Shown: positions 33,233-42,151 of the stretch, one piece after another
How positions within the stretch are numbered: the first letter of the stretch is position 1
Layout: every line of letters starts with the position of its first letter
Sequence record: PZ402300.1
DNA from: a phage
DNA length: 64,000 bases
Strand: one strand, 5' to 3'
Position numbers and translations under genes: made by a program
Notes under the pieces: model-generated
The model's input: only the letters and a program-made list of their open reading frames with translations
Told to the model about the DNA's origin: nothing
Databases searched by the model: none

Positions 33233-33470
33233 TTAGTAGCTTTAACGCAGCTAACGAGGCTAGGTCGTCAAACTACTATCACTAGTGTGCTAAGCGACGG
33301 TGGGTTGTTAGCCTGATAGTAGTAAGACGTAGGTTTGGATTTTTAAGTGTTACCTTCACTAGCGAAATTCCCATCGAGGGGAATAACAATACAATAGCAG
33401 CCACTGGACTGTCTTACCAGTGTTGTCTTTAGAGTGCGATGCAATCAGGACTATGTTACTGCTAAATGAG

Positions 33471-33544
33471 TACCCACTACTGGATTTGAACCAGTGACCT
33501 TCCGATTATTAGTCGGTTGCTTTCCCCGTCTAAGCTAAGTGGGC
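33471..33544 (-). tRNA. tRNA, 74 nt, no encoded CCA; anticodon loop CUAAUAA (anticodon read as AAU)
   Basis: 7-bp acceptor stem, D-arm GCUU/AAGC, T-arm ACUGG-UUCAAAU-CCAGU folded by hand. Confidence 0.6.
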
Positions 33545-33549
33545 ATAAA

Positions 33550-33625
33550 TGGTTACCCGGACAGGATTCGAACCTGTGTCCTAGTTGGTTTACTAGTGGG
33601 GCTTTACCACTAAGCCTACCGGGTA
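33550..33625 (-). tRNA. tRNA-like gene with encoded CCA; anticodon arm atypical, isotype undetermined
   Basis: Perfect acceptor stem UACCCGG/CCGGGUA, D-arm GGCU/AGCC, T-arm ACAGG-UUCGAAU-CCUGU; anticodon stem is palindromic CUAG with 8-nt loop UAAACCAA. Confidence 0.5.
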
Positions 33626-33828
33626 TTAATGAGTGAGTCATGCCAGGCTTTAACTGGCTCCTTCTTCGCAATCCTTACATACCCCTACATAATTATTGCG
33701 TTAAGCTTTTTTGTTTAAGTTTAAATGAAGGCGTTCTTGCTGACTCATAATTGGGTTGGGCGTTTGACGAATGACTAGTTCGTTACTACCCATTTGCCAT
33801 AAGTACCTGGCGACTTCGGATAACGGGG

Positions 33829-34000
33829 GATGGAATCGAACCACCAGTATTAAGTCTTATTCGTGCACCAAGCACGCTAGTAGATTACTCTACCGGAGGG
33901 AATCGAACCCTATCTACTTCACCAGACCCACCATAATTCTTCTAATTCAGAGTAGCACTGTTGCAGTCGTCACTGCTCATAGGTAAGGATTCGAACCTTA
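33829..34000 (-). other. three T-arm-like hairpins without identifiable acceptor stems (possible tRNA remnants)
   Basis: gatgg-aatcgaa-ccacc (33829-33845), gaggg-aatcgaa-cccta (33896-33912), taagg-attcgaa-cctta (33984-34000). Confidence 0.3.
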
Positions 34001-34062
34001 CAATACCGTTGGTTTGCAACGTCGCTGTACCTTTTCGCGTTCTATGCAATGCTACTTTGAAT

Positions 34063-34186
34063 TGGTTACCAGTGAGGGATTCGAACCCCCGGTTGGAGTC
34101 TATAGCTTACCGCAGCAGCCCTCCAATCTAGCGGTGTCACACTTAGCCCAAACTTGAACATGTCAAGCCATCTCGTGCAACTGGTA
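34063..34186 (-). ncRNA. tRNA-like element, 124 nt, with encoded CCA and exact 7-bp acceptor pairing
   Basis: T-arm GGGGG-UUCGAAU-CCCUC; acceptor ACUGGUA pairs perfectly with UACCAGU 107 nt away. Confidence 0.3.
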
Positions 34187-34188
34187 AT

Positions 34189-34254
34189 TGGTTCCGGCGT
34201 CTGGACTCGAACCAGAACACTCATGCCGTGCACGACACTAGTACCTACACCGGA
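34189..34254 (-). ncRNA. tRNA-like element, 66 nt including CCA, apparently lacking a canonical D-arm
   Basis: T-arm UCUGG-UUCGAGU-CCAGA; acceptor CGCCGGA pairs with UCCGGUG (one G-U). Confidence 0.3.
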
Positions 34255-34335
34255 ATTAATTGCCAGGGATTACACCTGGCTCCATCTGTTTTTATAGTCA
34301 CTCAGATATCGTCTGGACTTGTTGTGTTTGCATTC

Positions 34336-34434
34336 CACAACGGAAAGAGCACTGGAACTTGGGCTGGGTATTACCGCATGTCTTTCGACTTCGAACCAAG
34401 GCTGACATTACCCAATGCTCTTACCTGTTGTGTG
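34336..34434. repeat. direct repeat unit 1 (begins cacaacggaaag, ends cttacctgttgtgtg)
   Basis: Shares both terminal motifs with 34539-34624. Confidence 0.5.
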
Positions 34435-34538
34435 TTGTGGAGTGACGCACCATCTCACTCTTGAATGTTAACCCACTCCCAGCCCAGCAACACACGCTAC
34501 GGTTAAGATTATTGCGCGCGCTGTATGGTCTTGCTGGT

Positions 34539-34624
34539 CACAACGGAAAGGGCACTTAACAGAAGATAGGTCTGATTGCCTCGGATGATTTCTCAGTAGC
34601 CTAAATGCCCTTACCTGTTGTGTG
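34539..34624. repeat. direct repeat unit 2
   Basis: Same terminal motifs as 34336-34434. Confidence 0.5.
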
Positions 34625-35039
34625 CCCATTATTAATCACAGCGGGCCACTGCGCCGAATTTGTTTACAAGGAATCGGAAGACCCTGCTGACTTACAGGCT
34701 ATTACGCCACCATCAGAACAACATCATCGTTTGCATTTATGTTATTGGTTCGTTTCTAAAAAACCGCATAATCGCTTACGAAAACTATCAAAGAGTACAC
34801 TAAGCACAGGTAGCTATCCTGCCGTCTTCTCCATCTACACCGGCTACAGTGTAAACCTCCGCACGTTAGCTTAATGTACTCATTGATAGGATGTCATAAT
34901 AGGGGAGGGAGGACGAGTCCCTCTTTACCCTATGATTTAGTTTACATGTAAGACCTAACATTTCAATGCTGGATGGATAGCGTAATGAACTATCCGACAT
35001 TAATGGTTAATGTTGTGCTCAGCATGAGCGTTAGTTGAT

Positions 35040-35130
35040 AAGGGATCTGAAGCCTTATCCCAAAGATACTAACCTTTGGGATATAGCCTAAGATTCAGAA
35101 ATGGCCCCTATAGGGAGAGGCCATTGATTA
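35040..35130. promoter_or_regulatory. three consecutive stem-loops in long non-coding region (regulatory or origin-like)
   Basis: gataagg..ccttatc, tcccaaag..ctttggga, aatggcc..ggccatt inverted repeats back to back. Confidence 0.25.
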
Positions 35131-35600
35131 ACCCGAATGTTGCTTTACATTTGCTGTGATAACCCATTCTTAAAATAGTCTACCTGACGGATGGGCATCA
35201 ACCCTAGCGTCAGTGCCATACGGCAAAGATTAAGCTAAGAAAGGTTATGATAGGAGTTCCTATCTCAAAGGATTCTAACAGAACCCTTCACGATATTAAC
35301 TACTCAATGTGAAATTCTTTGATTCCTTCTACAGGTTCTACACCCAAGAAAAAGCTAATTTTTCCATTTAGTTTAGATTGAACCAATGGACTGGGGAGAG
35401 TATTCCAATCCACTGGTTCGGTTGTTGTTGTTACTCTGGCGGCTTGTCACCACCGTGTTTACCACTGCATTTCCACAGGATAATGACAGTGATGATAAAA
35501 GCTATGTATGGAGCCGACACGTCTATAATCCTGACCAGTAGTAGCATCAGGACTATAAACACTACCACACCTAGCAGCAGCTTCTGAGCCACCTACCAGA

Positions 35601-36041
35601 TTAACTACGTTTAAGGCCAGCGAACAGTGAAGGCTTAGTAGCAGGTTTCTCTGCTGGTTCTTCAGCCTTAACCTCTTCCTGCACAACTTCTTCTTGTGCT
35701 TCTGGTTCAGCTACTGCTTCTTCTTCAGGTTCCGGCGTAGAACTCTCGTTCGGACCACCAGTAGAGGTCTGGGCTTCTTCTACCTTTACCTCTTCTACCA
35801 CACCCCCAGTCTCTGGTTCTACCGGACGGTGTTTGGCTTCCTGTGGGTTCTTACGAGAACGGCGAGTTTTCTTCTCTACTCCCATGGGTGGAATATCTTC
35901 GTGAACCTCTTCGTTGATACCAACGGAGGCTGTACCGTCTGCATTGATGACAATATTAATGTCACCAGCAAGATTGATTTGATCATCGACATAAGCCTGT
36001 ACAGCAGCTTCTACTTCGGACTGGTTCAAAATGATTTGCAT
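35601..36041 (-). CDS. hypothetical protein with acidic low-complexity C-terminal tail
   Basis: 146-aa ORF; E/P/V-rich C-terminal half. Confidence 0.4.
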   Translation of the reverse strand: MQIILNQSEVEAAVQAYVDDQINLAGDINIVINADGTASVGINEEVHEDIPPMGVEKKTRRSRKNPQEAKHRPVEPETGGVVEEVKVEEAQTSTGGPNESSTPEPEEEAVAEPEAQEEVVQEEVKAEEPAEKPATKPSLFAGLKRS

Positions 36042-36042
36042 A

Positions 36043-36597
36043 TTACGCCTTTAATAACTTAATAAGGTTCTGGAAAGCTGGGAGATTTACACCAGCATGG
36101 ATTGCACCGATTGCATCAGCTAAGTGCTCATTCTTATTCAGAAGTTTGCCCTTCTTATCAGTGAGCCAGTTGGCTTCAGGATAGATGGCATGAGCAGCAC
36201 GAATCATCGTGTCCTTAGATGCAGTTTTATCACCGACCAGTGCAAGTTTGTTTTCAATTGGGGATACTTCAAAGATTGGACAACCCAATGCACGAAATGC
36301 ACCTATTAACCCTACGCATATGCCATAGGATTTCATACCATTAGCAGACTGAGAGCCTACCGGTACTTCTACGAATACTGCTTTAGCAGACCGTAACCAT
36401 TCCTCACAACCAAGAAACAAATCGTGAGCGGCTTGTATATCTTTGGAGTTGGTTCGAACTTGTTTGTTGTGGTCAACTTCAGTTTGAACCAGTTTAAGTT
36501 CGACCTGCTCGAAGACGCCGGACTCAATGTCCAGCATCCCACGAGCTAAACCCCAATTGCGGAGACTAATGTCTGCACCAACAATTGGGATTTTCAT
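36043..36597 (-). CDS. RuvC-like Holliday junction resolvase
   Basis: N-terminal IVGADISLRNWG, central VFVEVP, C-terminal EHLADAIGAI resemble RuvC catalytic motifs. Confidence 0.55.
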   Translation of the reverse strand: MKIPIVGADISLRNWGLARGMLDIESGVFEQVELKLVQTEVDHNKQVRTNSKDIQAAHDLFLGCEEWLRSAKAVFVEVPVGSQSANGMKSYGICVGLIGAFRALGCPIFEVSPIENKLALVGDKTASKDTMIRAAHAIYPEANWLTDKKGKLLNKNEHLADAIGAIHAGVNLPAFQNLIKLLKA

Positions 36598-37394
36598 TAA
36601 CGTTTACCGAACAGTGATTTACCACCAGCAGGAGTAGTACCTGTGCCAGCACCCGGTTTAGGAGGTAAGCCACCTTTACCATTACCACCAGCAGAACTCT
36701 TAGTCTTGTCACGAGTCTTGCCTTTGTTCTTTTCCAGCCATGCTGTAAAGAATACAGCCAGTTCTGGGGTCAGTTCTTTCTCAGCCTTCTCTGCTTCCTG
36801 AGCCTCGACGACTGTGACCAGCAGTTCCGGGTGAAACACTTTCTGAATCTCATTTACTTCACGAGTTTCACCGGAGTCAACGTAGCCGTTGTCACCTTTA
36901 ACCTGCTTGGATTCCAGAACCTTTTCCAGAGCGAAGGTGACAGTCTGTCCTACCAGGTCAACTGGAACCATGACAGATTTATTAACTTCTGCTTTAGCAT
37001 CGAAGTCATAGACTTTAACAATCTTCTCTTCGAAGTCTGCTTCAGGCAGTTCAGTACCGGTAGCCATCAGCATCATGTCGTTAATGACAGTGTAACCAGG
37101 CAGGAAGTATTCTTTACCGTTCTTCTCGTAAGTCGGCTTATTGCCTTTAGCATTACCAGAAGTGAAGTACACCTGAGCACGGAACTCACCGGCAGGTACG
37201 CCATCTGAGTTTTTCAGGTCATCAATGATTAACTGCATCCAGTCTGCACCAGAGTCAGCTTTGCCTACGTAAGCTACTTTTACATTACCGGTGTAGATAT
37301 CGGTTTCTTTTGCACCGAAGCCACCACCACCAAGGGAGTCTTTTACAGCTTCAACGTTTTTGGTTTTTTCTTTCAGATTACTGAACAATGACAT
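36597..37394 (-). CDS. putative single-stranded DNA-binding protein
   Basis: 265 aa with Gly-rich flexible C-terminal tail; sits in replication operon. Confidence 0.4.
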   Translation of the reverse strand: MSLFSNLKEKTKNVEAVKDSLGGGGFGAKETDIYTGNVKVAYVGKADSGADWMQLIIDDLKNSDGVPAGEFRAQVYFTSGNAKGNKPTYEKNGKEYFLPGYTVINDMMLMATGTELPEADFEEKIVKVYDFDAKAEVNKSVMVPVDLVGQTVTFALEKVLESKQVKGDNGYVDSGETREVNEIQKVFHPELLVTVVEAQEAEKAEKELTPELAVFFTAWLEKNKGKTRDKTKSSAGGNGKGGLPPKPGAGTGTTPAGGKSLFGKR

Positions 37395-37433
37395 ATGATT
37401 TTCCTAATAAGTGATTAACAACCAGGCAAACGC

Positions 37434-38186
37434 TTAAGCGTAGTATTCAGCCAGATGGTCTAAGAGTTTCTGGGCATCGTTGTCGATGTAAGTCTCGGAT
37501 TTATCGAACATACCCATTGGGGAACGAAGTCGTTTACCAACAGACTTCTTGGTTGGACGGGTCTGGAATACGTGCTTATATCCTAAGTCACGTTCTTCTT
37601 CCGTAATTTCTAACATCTTGTTCCCATACTTCTCCAGTTCTTTAATGTCTACACGTTCTGCGTAAACCACTGTAGAGAAGTAGGCTTCAAGCCCGTTATT
37701 CTTCAGAGAGCCTTTCACTGGGATGAACGTTTTCATCACACCAGCAGCTTCATCCAGTTCGTCTTTAGCATGAGCAGTAATAATTACTGGCTTACCAAAC
37801 TTAACGACTTTCTGTTGCAGCAGTATCTTAAAGAACTGTGCAAAATCACCCCAAGCCTTTTGTGTGTTTGCAGAAGGCAATACGTATTGAGATTCCAGCA
37901 TATCCATCATAAAGGTTGCTGAGTCAATGATGATACCATCGACATCATCTGCCATCTCCCCACCAGGAGATGCAACATCAAATGCTTCCCAAATCTGATA
38001 TGGGTCTTCGATGTTGTAGGTATTGAACTTATTACGGAAAGGCAGACGTTTACCTGCTTCAGTATTCAGATAGAGCCAGCGTTCCTGGTTCCGGATGTTA
38101 CGCAGTGATGCTGATTTACCACTCGCTGAGAATCCTGCAATCAGGATTAGCTGAGTGTTCATATCATTGGGAATTACTTCGGACAT
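37434..38186 (-). CDS. P-loop ATPase (recombination/replication-associated)
   Basis: Walker A AGFSASGKS near N-terminus. Confidence 0.5.
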   Translation of the reverse strand: MSEVIPNDMNTQLILIAGFSASGKSASLRNIRNQERWLYLNTEAGKRLPFRNKFNTYNIEDPYQIWEAFDVASPGGEMADDVDGIIIDSATFMMDMLESQYVLPSANTQKAWGDFAQFFKILLQQKVVKFGKPVIITAHAKDELDEAAGVMKTFIPVKGSLKNNGLEAYFSTVVYAERVDIKELEKYGNKMLEITEEERDLGYKHVFQTRPTKKSVGKRLRSPMGMFDKSETYIDNDAQKLLDHLAEYYA

Positions 38187-38242
38187 TATTTTTCCTCATT
38201 TAATTTAGGAGTCCTTCAAACCAAAGAAAGACTCCTGTTTGC

Positions 38243-40396
38243 TTACTTGCCAGCGAAGCGTTTAGCCACGGTGACCATTACGGTTGCATTCAATTCATCA
38301 TCTGGTAATGGATTAGCCAGTTTCTTATTGAATGAGTGGACGGCTTGCTGTACTCGGGCAAAATCCCAACCACTGTCAACCAATGCCAGTGCGTACTTAA
38401 TCATTTGATTATTACGATTACCGGTAGCAATACGACTAGCGAACCAACGCTCCAGATTATCCAACGACTGTACTTCCTTCATCTGGTTCTGGAACTGCTC
38501 GTTCTTACTAGTACGAGGAATAAAGTCACGCACGTCCAACAGATTTGCTTCAAGATTGTAATGATAAGAACCAGTCTCACAGGACATCCACTTCTTGGCT
38601 CGCTGGTTAGCAGATTCATCCGTTTCGAACGGTAGCCAAGACATAACGTTATTCATGAACTCTTTGTATTCCTCAGTGTCTAGGTGCAACTCATAGTTCA
38701 TTGGAATAATCAGTCGGAAGCGGTTCTCTTCATCAGAATGACGTTTAGTGGTATAGGTCATGAACTTATATTCCTTCATCAGTTCATGGCACGTATGCAG
38801 TGGCACTCCACCATCACAGTCAATAACAATCATGTTAAATCCTGGAATAACGTTCTCTTCAGAACGGTGTCCATTCTTCATGTGATGGTTTACCCAGTGC
38901 ATACCGGGAGCTTGGGTTAACACATGCAACTGGTCGAACGGTACACGTTCACCAATGTAGTCATAAGCAAAGCTATCACTATATGCCACTATCATCTCAT
39001 TGATGTCAGTTTCTTTCAGAGTCTCACCACGGAAGAACTCAATACCTTCGTTGAAGGTTTTCTTAATGATGATGTGCTGTTTGTAGCCCCATGCTGTAGC
39101 AAGGGTCATCATTTCATTACGAGCTGCATTGCCACTCTTATAGAACGGTAACGACTCCACCAAGTCAGCATGAGTTACTTCTTTACCTACAGAAGCAATG
39201 TACTTAGCCAGCTTCACATAAGCCTTCTCACGATTGAGGATTGTCTGAAATGCTGTTCCAGATTCTTCTACAAGTAGAATTGCTTGTTTAAGATGAGACA
39301 TCTCAATGAATGAACTTTGATCAACAAACGCCAGTGCACCTGCCAGCTTAAGTGCTTTGAAATAACGGTGGGAAATTTCAGCTTTACGAATATCTTCGTG
39401 GTCAGCCATAGCTTCTGCTTGTTTCTCACAATCAATTTTGTAAGCAATCAGAGCAATACCCACTGCATCTTCTACAACCATCTTAAAGCCGAATAAGTTT
39501 GGATCAGCCAGACTATGGAAATGGTTAGCCCACTTACCAAGAGTCTGTACGTTATCTTGTTTAATCAGGTTACGGTAGATTTCTTCCGGGGTTAGTGTTG
39601 CATGTGCTCTCTTGTCTAAGTGACCAATGGCAAACAGACAGCGACGTGCATACCCTATATCAAGAAAGCCATAGAACTGGTCCTCGGTCTGACCACCATC
39701 CAGTAGCTTACTTGGCGTACCAAACAGCAACAGGTTAGTTGGAGTTTTGCCATCCAATTCTTCGCCACGAATGCTTTCAGCAGTATTCTTGGTTAGTTTC
39801 TGTTTTACTTTTCCCTGGTCATATAACTCCAGGAACAAAGTTAGTACATCCATGTTAGCCAACAGGTTCGAACCAATTTCATCAATCTGAAGGTTAATTG
39901 AACCACACCCAGCCATTAACAGTTTATGGCGTAGCTGTTTAACTGCTGGTGGAGTACCGGAGTCAAATGTAAACGGATATGCTCCGGCACGTTTATACTC
40001 TGCTTCAACTTTATCAAACTCATCATTCTGGTCTGTACCCTGACGAGCAGCACGTTCGTTAGCAATCTTCCATAAACGGTCATTTGCAATGACGGGCATG
40101 GTGTCTTCCATAAAACGTTTACGGAATCCAGACATAAACCCGTCTTCAATGATATTTACTGAGTGACCTTTACCGAAACCAGATGTAGCCAACGCAATAG
40201 CGTAGATGTTTACCGGCAGGTCACCACGGTCTTTAGTTACAATGGTTGCACCCATGCAGGATGCCATTTTAGCCAAGAAGTAGGCTACTTCGACACGGAA
40301 GAATCCCCGGTCATTATTCTGGGTTTTATTGCAGAGCACATCTACGATTTCTTCAATCGCCGGATGATGCACTACTCCGGTAAGGTCAATACTCAT
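38243..40396 (-). CDS. putative DNA primase-like replication protein
   Basis: 717-aa ORF in replication operon; start chosen at ATG overlapping upstream stop (ATGA); assignment by size and context. Confidence 0.4.
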   Translation of the reverse strand: MSIDLTGVVHHPAIEEIVDVLCNKTQNNDRGFFRVEVAYFLAKMASCMGATIVTKDRGDLPVNIYAIALATSGFGKGHSVNIIEDGFMSGFRKRFMEDTMPVIANDRLWKIANERAARQGTDQNDEFDKVEAEYKRAGAYPFTFDSGTPPAVKQLRHKLLMAGCGSINLQIDEIGSNLLANMDVLTLFLELYDQGKVKQKLTKNTAESIRGEELDGKTPTNLLLFGTPSKLLDGGQTEDQFYGFLDIGYARRCLFAIGHLDKRAHATLTPEEIYRNLIKQDNVQTLGKWANHFHSLADPNLFGFKMVVEDAVGIALIAYKIDCEKQAEAMADHEDIRKAEISHRYFKALKLAGALAFVDQSSFIEMSHLKQAILLVEESGTAFQTILNREKAYVKLAKYIASVGKEVTHADLVESLPFYKSGNAARNEMMTLATAWGYKQHIIIKKTFNEGIEFFRGETLKETDINEMIVAYSDSFAYDYIGERVPFDQLHVLTQAPGMHWVNHHMKNGHRSEENVIPGFNMIVIDCDGGVPLHTCHELMKEYKFMTYTTKRHSDEENRFRLIIPMNYELHLDTEEYKEFMNNVMSWLPFETDESANQRAKKWMSCETGSYHYNLEANLLDVRDFIPRTSKNEQFQNQMKEVQSLDNLERWFASRIATGNRNNQMIKYALALVDSGWDFARVQQAVHSFNKKLANPLPDDELNATVMVTVAKRFAGK

Positions 40397-41373
40397 GATG
40401 GAAAATATCTCTCTCTTTGTTTGCAAATGGATGCTACAGGGCAGTACAGACAACGCTTAACCTGCCCCTCCACGACCTTGATAGCACCCTTGCCACCTTT
40501 TTCAGCCATGAAGATACGAGCAGATGCCATATCGTCAAAGTTTTTGGTACTTCTGGCTCCAGGTACATCTACCTTAGAAGCATCAGAGAAGTACTTGAAC
40601 TGTGGTTCTGTTCGCCACAACTCCTCGTCAGTACATTCAGGAATTTCTTCTTCAGGTGCATTCCAGTACTTCTCAATGAGGTGAATCTTCTCTTCTACCC
40701 AACGTTCAGTCTTATCGACAGATAGCAACGGAATATCCTTATGCATAATACGATTAGCAGGATAGTTCGGATTGCTATTAGCCATATGCTTCATGAAGTC
40801 AGTGAAGATGTAGTTAATACGAATTACATCCTCGGTAATGATGTCGTTGTGAATCCAACGATACAAGCTACCTTGTATCTTGTGTTCATCATCACGGGAA
40901 CCAGCAACCCAGGAATAGGTTGAGGTAGACTTAAAGTCTTGCAACAGACCTTCTGTTACGATGTCAAACTTACCACCGATAGTCCAACCCTTAACTACCC
41001 TGGTTCCACGTTGTTCAATGTAGATTGGGATAAGGTCAGGGTTAGCATCAAAGTCTGCTTTGGTTGGGTTAATTACTACTGCATCAATTACTCGCTGAGG
41101 ATACCCCAACTTTTTCAATGCAGTCTTATGACCTAGCTTCCAGGCTTTCTCGATAGAATCATGTAAACCAGTACCCATTGATGTGGAGACGAAATCCATA
41201 ACATCAATTGACTGGTCACTTAAATCTACACGATGTTTCATAACGATTTGCTTAATAGGCTTAAGCAATGTAGTAACAGACAGATACTTAGGATTGTCTA
41301 CGTAGTCATACTCGTCATGTAATAGCCATACAGCCAGAGCCAGTGAGACATCATGATTGTTGGTTATCTTCAT
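40393..41373 (-). CDS. putative PD-(D/E)XK-type nuclease with C-terminal Cys cluster
   Basis: C-terminal CxxC(x5)C motif (RCLYCPVASIC) typical of Fe-S containing RecB/Cas4-like nucleases. Confidence 0.4.
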   Translation of the reverse strand: MKITNNHDVSLALAVWLLHDEYDYVDNPKYLSVTTLLKPIKQIVMKHRVDLSDQSIDVMDFVSTSMGTGLHDSIEKAWKLGHKTALKKLGYPQRVIDAVVINPTKADFDANPDLIPIYIEQRGTRVVKGWTIGGKFDIVTEGLLQDFKSTSTYSWVAGSRDDEHKIQGSLYRWIHNDIITEDVIRINYIFTDFMKHMANSNPNYPANRIMHKDIPLLSVDKTERWVEEKIHLIEKYWNAPEEEIPECTDEELWRTEPQFKYFSDASKVDVPGARSTKNFDDMASARIFMAEKGGKGAIKVVEGQVKRCLYCPVASICKQRERYFPS

Positions 41374-41846
41374 CGGTAAATAATCCTGTATTTATGTACT
41401 TTACCCCAATGGATTGCTCCAATATTATCCGCATAATAGGTAAATGGTGGAGACGCCTCATGCTGGTCCTTGTACATAACCTCAATAAACGTGATCGGTT
41501 TAGTGAGTAGTGGTTTCTCATTGGAATAAATCCAATTACTCCACACAGAGTTAAGGACATTTTTGACTGTTGGCTCTTCTGCAATCTTCTCTTTAGCGAG
41601 AATACGATTAGCGTAATGAACCAATTTCTCACAGTCATAAACTGCGGTGTTTCCAGGTTTACCATTACCCATACGGGCAGCAGCATTTCGCCATAGAGCT
41701 TTAAAGGCACAACCTTCATCGAAGGTCATGCCCAGTGCTTGGATAATATCCTCACACTCTGCTTGGTATGGCTCTTGCTCTTCCCGTTGGGGATTCTTAA
41801 TTAGAACTACATAGTAGTTATTAAGACCACCGGAGAGCTTAGTCAT
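41370..41846 (-). CDS. hypothetical protein
   Basis: 158-aa ORF, 4-nt overlap coupling. Confidence 0.4.
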   Translation of the reverse strand: MTKLSGGLNNYYVVLIKNPQREEQEPYQAECEDIIQALGMTFDEGCAFKALWRNAAARMGNGKPGNTAVYDCEKLVHYANRILAKEKIAEEPTVKNVLNSVWSNWIYSNEKPLLTKPITFIEVMYKDQHEASPPFTYYADNIGAIHWGKVHKYRIIYR

Positions 41847-42151
41847 TATTCCCCCTTGGGAATCATGTTTGCCTGGAACTCTGGTTCAGACATCAGACCC
41901 AGGTTACTAAGAGACAGATAAACAATGTCTTTCAAATCAACTGAAGTGTCGAAACGTTGGTCCAGACTAATCTTCAGTGAGTGATTGGCACGAGCCAAAT
42001 CTTTATAGGTCACATAAGGTTCATCAGTGAGCAACATTGTGTTCATGGTAAGCAGGGAACCATCATCCACTTTAGGAAGCTGGAAAACTACCTGTGCTGC
42101 TACCATCCAATGATATTTTCTGACTACAGTTTCTTTAGTACTTTTGGTCAT
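41846..42151 (-). CDS. hypothetical protein
   Basis: 101-aa ORF, overlaps DNA polymerase stop by 4 nt. Confidence 0.35.
   Translation of the reverse strand: MTKSTKETVVRKYHWMVAAQVVFQLPKVDDGSLLTMNTMLLTDEPYVTYKDLARANHSLKISLDQRFDTSVDLKDIVYLSLSNLGLMSEPEFQANMIPKGE

Noticed and set aside
33829-34400. Repeated GGATTCGAACC-like motifs as a possible CRISPR array or repeat family
   Set aside because: Spacing is irregular and each motif is a T-arm-like hairpin; these are tRNA or tRNA-derived elements, not CRISPR repeats.
33477-34874. Short ORFs in the tRNA/non-coding region (33477-33671, 33771-33986, 34228-34464, 34260-34445, 34605-34874)
   Set aside because: They overlap tRNA genes and hairpins, lack RBS and have no protein-like composition; judged spurious.
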